Part shown: positions 61,014 through 64,000 of the stretch, piece by piece
How positions within the stretch are numbered: position 1 is the stretch's first letter
Layout: each line of letters opens with the position of its first letter
NCBI GenBank assembly: GCA_050633245.1
Contig: JBOEGD010000015.1
Location: 21,681 to 85,680, forward strand
Source: Calditrichia bacterium
GTDB lineage: Bacteria > Calditrichota > Calditrichia > RBG-13-44-9 > J075
Direction: 5' to 3'
DNA length: 64,000 nucleotides
Program-made: the position numbers and the translations under genes
The notes under the pieces: generated by a model
The model's database searches: none
Told to the model about the DNA's origin: nothing
The model's input: only the letters and a program-made list of their open reading frames with translations

Positions 61014-62651
61014 TTAATCTCTAAAAATAAAATCACACTGCGGTAATGCCTCTTTAAAAACCTGCTTTTCGATAACACTTATTGTTGTAGAATCTAGAAT
61101 GACTTTTCTTAGATGATCGAGGGTTGTTATTGCCTCAAGGATTGTATCTTTGGTGAAAACGTTTCCAGCTAAATTAAGTTCTCTCACCTTGCTTAAGTGC
61201 AAGAACCACTCAGGCAGACTGTCCCAAAGTCGATCAGACAAATCAACAGCAACAATATTTTTCAATAACTCTTCCGGAAAACTCATATCAAAATCATTTT
61301 GCGACATGAATGAATAATCATCAATACTTCTTATAGAATCGGCAAAAAAGCTCTCAGTGAACGGAATAATACTTTTAACCAGGGTCTTCTCATCTGATTT
61401 AAAAAGTTTCCTTATTTCAATTCGAAAACGATCTTCTCTGCGTCGTAATGTATCAGGCCTTACTTCTTGTAAATCGGGTTTTAATTTCGCCAAAAAGCTG
61501 GCAAATTCAGAGTAAAAAGTAGTACTACTATCCAGCTCGGCAACCTGTCGTAAATCTTTTAAAGCATCAATCAATGCAAGGTCTATCTTATCTTTACTAA
61601 TCAGGTTATTCAGGTCGGGGTTTAAATAGTTTATATGCAACCCCCACTTAATTTTGATCATCATACGATTTTCTGGCCGCTTCGCCAGTTGCTCAATCAG
61701 CTCAGGTATTTTTATTTTACGCTCAAGATTTGGTGTAAGCTCATTCTCGCTCCGAGAATGCAATAAGTTTCCCTCATTAAATCCAAAAGACTCGTTACCA
61801 TTGTACCGGGTTTTTAGTTGAGCATATTCCAAGAGGACAGATTTTTGGTCATTCGAAAGCTCCTCCAGTATAGAATTATTGATAAAAGAATAGAGCTCTT
61901 TTCGTCCTTTAAAAAATCGCTCTTGCTCGTTACCAAAAGGATCATCACCAATTTTATTCAGACCTTCACTCTCCAGAAAGGCATTATAGTTTTCTTTATC
62001 CAGTTTATAAAAACAATCAGAGCCGACATTCTGTTTCAGAACCTCACTAAGCGCAAAAGTTATTGCCCTATAAAGATAGGTTTTAAATTCTGCTTTTTGC
62101 GAATCATATTGCTGAAAGCTGGGAAGTTTTTCACAAAGATACTCTTTAACCAAAGAAAGAACCATTTCCTGGCGTTCTAAAGAAAGTTTAAGCAGGAATC
62201 CACCAAACTGTCGGCGCGACACGCGTTCAATATAGTCATCATAACAGCCCAAGATTAAAAATGCAAAACGTTCAGGACTCTCTAAACCAGCACTAATTAT
62301 TTCTTTGGGTTCTTTATCACAAATAATCTTATAGCATGCCTCGATAGATTCTTTTACTAATTGTAGTGAACGATCTAAACCAATAATACCGGATAAATCA
62401 GTCGTTCGTAACGTCAACAATTCAGTAGTCACCTTTAGGTTATCGCCTCGGGACACTTTTGCGTATTCTCTGCTAATTGTAGAGAGCCGTTCTTTTAAAG
62501 TCTCTTCAAATCTCTTTGGTATAGGAAAGCCTGATTTCTGGAGCACATGCTTAATATTAAGCAGCAATTTCTTATTTAAGAAAAAGTGTAGTCGCTTGTG
62601 GTATTTAAAGGAATTATATTCCATAGCGATTTCCATAAAAATAATTGTCAA
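61014..62651 (-). CDS. Sigma-70/ECF-like protein with C-terminal leucine-rich repeats
   Basis: Region-2-like QYDSQKAEFKTYLYRAITFAL; region-4-like PENRMMIKIKWG...PDTLRRREDRFR; LRRs VDLSDR..DSLP, VRELNLAGN, LRKVILD. Start is probably 62636 or 62624. Confidence 0.6.
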   Translation of the reverse strand: MTIIFMEIAMEYNSFKYHKRLHFFLNKKLLLNIKHVLQKSGFPIPKRFEETLKERLSTISREYAKVSRGDNLKVTTELLTLRTTDLSGIIGLDRSLQLVKESIEACYKIICDKEPKEIISAGLESPERFAFLILGCYDDYIERVSRRQFGGFLLKLSLERQEMVLSLVKEYLCEKLPSFQQYDSQKAEFKTYLYRAITFALSEVLKQNVGSDCFYKLDKENYNAFLESEGLNKIGDDPFGNEQERFFKGRKELYSFINNSILEELSNDQKSVLLEYAQLKTRYNGNESFGFNEGNLLHSRSENELTPNLERKIKIPELIEQLAKRPENRMMIKIKWGLHINYLNPDLNNLISKDKIDLALIDALKDLRQVAELDSSTTFYSEFASFLAKLKPDLQEVRPDTLRRREDRFRIEIRKLFKSDEKTLVKSIIPFTESFFADSIRSIDDYSFMSQNDFDMSFPEELLKNIVAVDLSDRLWDSLPEWFLHLSKVRELNLAGNVFTKDTILEAITTLDHLRKVILDSTTISVIEKQVFKEALPQCDFIFRD

Positions 62652-62682
62652 TGACAGATGGAGTAGCCGTATTACTTTACTT

Positions 62683-62713
62683 CTTATAGATTAAATATTG
62701 GTTTTTCGGACAA
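62683..62713 (-). promoter_or_regulatory. Island promoter motif, copy D (upstream of the sigma-like gene)
   Basis: Minus strand TTGTCCG-aaaaaccaatatttaatc-TATAAG; its spacer resembles that of copy C. Confidence 0.72.
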
Positions 62714-63009
62714 AATATTTTGATACGATCTCTCGGGCTCTTACTACTACTAGATCCTTGTAATTTCTAGCAGCATAGCTGATGTTCTTTTTAAGCCGTT
62801 CTATAGAAATGTTGGCTATTTTTGAACTATCCAGTTACAAAATGCATTTTACAAAGCAACTTTCTTCGGAACACAATATGCGGAATATTTACTAACAAAA
62901 ACAGAATTGAACTATGAACCGCACAAATACCTTGAATGGGGAGTAAAACAATATAAAGGCAATAAAGGCCCATAGCCAATTAGATCTTTATTCCTCGCCC
63001 CCCTAACCA

Positions 63010-63106
63010 CCCTATCCAGCCCTCGATACTGAATTACCTGCCCAACAGGATGCGGCTGAGAACACTGGCACTCGCGCATGGTGTCAGTGTAGTAGCCGCA
63101 GGAGCA
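63010..63106 (-). pseudogene. comM: Second comM/yifB remnant: zinc-motif segment fused in frame to the extreme C-terminus
   Basis: Translates [32 protein letters not shown]. 63010-63051 matches 47260-47301 at 36/42 nt. Confidence 0.8.
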
Positions 63107-63281
63107 CCCGTGCAGTCGCTAGTTACAAACGAGCTAAGTTCAATAAAATCAAGTGGCGGGTTACGACTTGTTCTGTAGAACATTCAATAATTTAGCGAAT
63201 AACTAAAAGAGTAAAGGCTTTGTAAAGGTAATTCGCTTAGAAAGAACTCTACTTTTGAAAAGCACGATTTTTCGGGGGGAT

Positions 63282-63425
63282 TACATAGGACATAATTCTT
63301 TTCTGCTACGTGGCATGGATAACGTGAAAGTGGGGTTTGCAATGTCCACTATGGCGTATAATATGAAGCGCGCAATTAACATTATTGGAGTAGGAAATCT
63401 AGTTGACGGGCTTAAGACGATATAG
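63282..63425 (+). mobile_element. IS1182-family transposase C-terminal remnant
   Basis: GHNSFLLRGMDNVKVGFAMSTMAYNMKRAINIIGV matches the FxLRGxxxVxxExxLxxxAYNxKR pattern. Confidence 0.7.
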
Positions 63426-63519
63426 AGAGACTTAGTGTAAATTCTTTGGCATCAAGCAGCGTATGTTTGGTCTAAAAACACGACAAAACTCGCAATACGT
63501 TGTGGAAGGAACTTGCCTA

Positions 63520-64000
63520 ATATGCAGATTCGGTGCAATCGGCAGATTGTGTTTAGAATCCGTTGTGACTTTAAACTTGCGCAGCCTGAGAGCCCTGAGC
63601 CCTTCCTCACGCATAATACGCGCTATCCGGTCAGGCTGCACTCTATCCCCAATGCACGCAGCTCGCGATAAATCCGTGGACTACCATAGCGATTTCTGTA
63701 TTCTTTAAACGTTGCCCTTACATGCGTTCGTAATGCCTGATTGGCACGCTGCCGATTGCTGATTGGACGTTTGAGCCAATTATAGTAACCGCTTGGTGAT
63801 ACACACAGATTGCGGCACAGTCTTTTCACAGTAAATGCGCGGCGATGAGTATGAATGAATTCATACTTCATTTGCTGTTTTTCGAAAAGAAGGCCAGAGC
63901 TTTTTTTAGTATTTCACGATCCTCTTTAACCGAGGCCAACTCGCGTTTGAGTTGCAGATTCTCTTCCTCCACCGACAAGCGGTTGCCGTTTCCTGAAAGA
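63520..64000 (-). mobile_element. Degenerate IS3-family element: OrfA end plus frameshifted, truncated OrfB; continues past the window edge
   Basis: OrfA end EDREILKKALAFF with an A7G slippery site at 63900-63907; ATGA overlap; Orf[41 protein letters not shown]; no DDE core. Confidence 0.88.

Noticed and set aside
57281-62651. Type III-E CRISPR (Craspase) locus
   Set aside because: No Cas7-11, Csx30/Csx31 or array in the window; the CHAT appears exported and the anti-sigma is ZAS-type.

Overview
Bacterial chromosomal DNA. Several secreted proteins end in an NYPNPFNP...FlgD-Ig-like sorting domain, which suggests a Calditrichota/KSB1/Ignavibacteria-type lineage (inference). About 1-14.8 kb is housekeeping: a radical-SAM-linked protein fragment, Rne/Rng, a nucleoside-salvage run (udk-tdk-nupC-sppA-PNP), an M1 aminopeptidase and ParA. 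About 15-47 kb is an accessory patchwork of secreted proteins, hydrolases, regulators, an orphan Pycsar-type membrane effector, a rearranged DUF3179 protein and two cassette-like genes with attC-like hairpins. About 47.2-63.1 kb is an island bracketed by decayed comM (yifB) fragments and followed by IS1182 and IS3 remnants. It encodes a sigma-70/ECF-like protein fused to LRRs, a zf-HC2 membrane anti-sigma, an exported TPR-CHAT protease, a signal-peptide-less subtilase and a four-gene operon of uncharacterised proteins, one with a metzincin motif. All four apparent transcription units of the island, including the sigma gene, are preceded by the same motif, TTGTCCG-N18-TATAA(G/C). This points to a self-contained, protease-gated sigma regulon and is the best candidate for an undescribed system. 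No rRNA, tRNA or CRISPR array was seen. All family calls come from motif recognition, not database searches.
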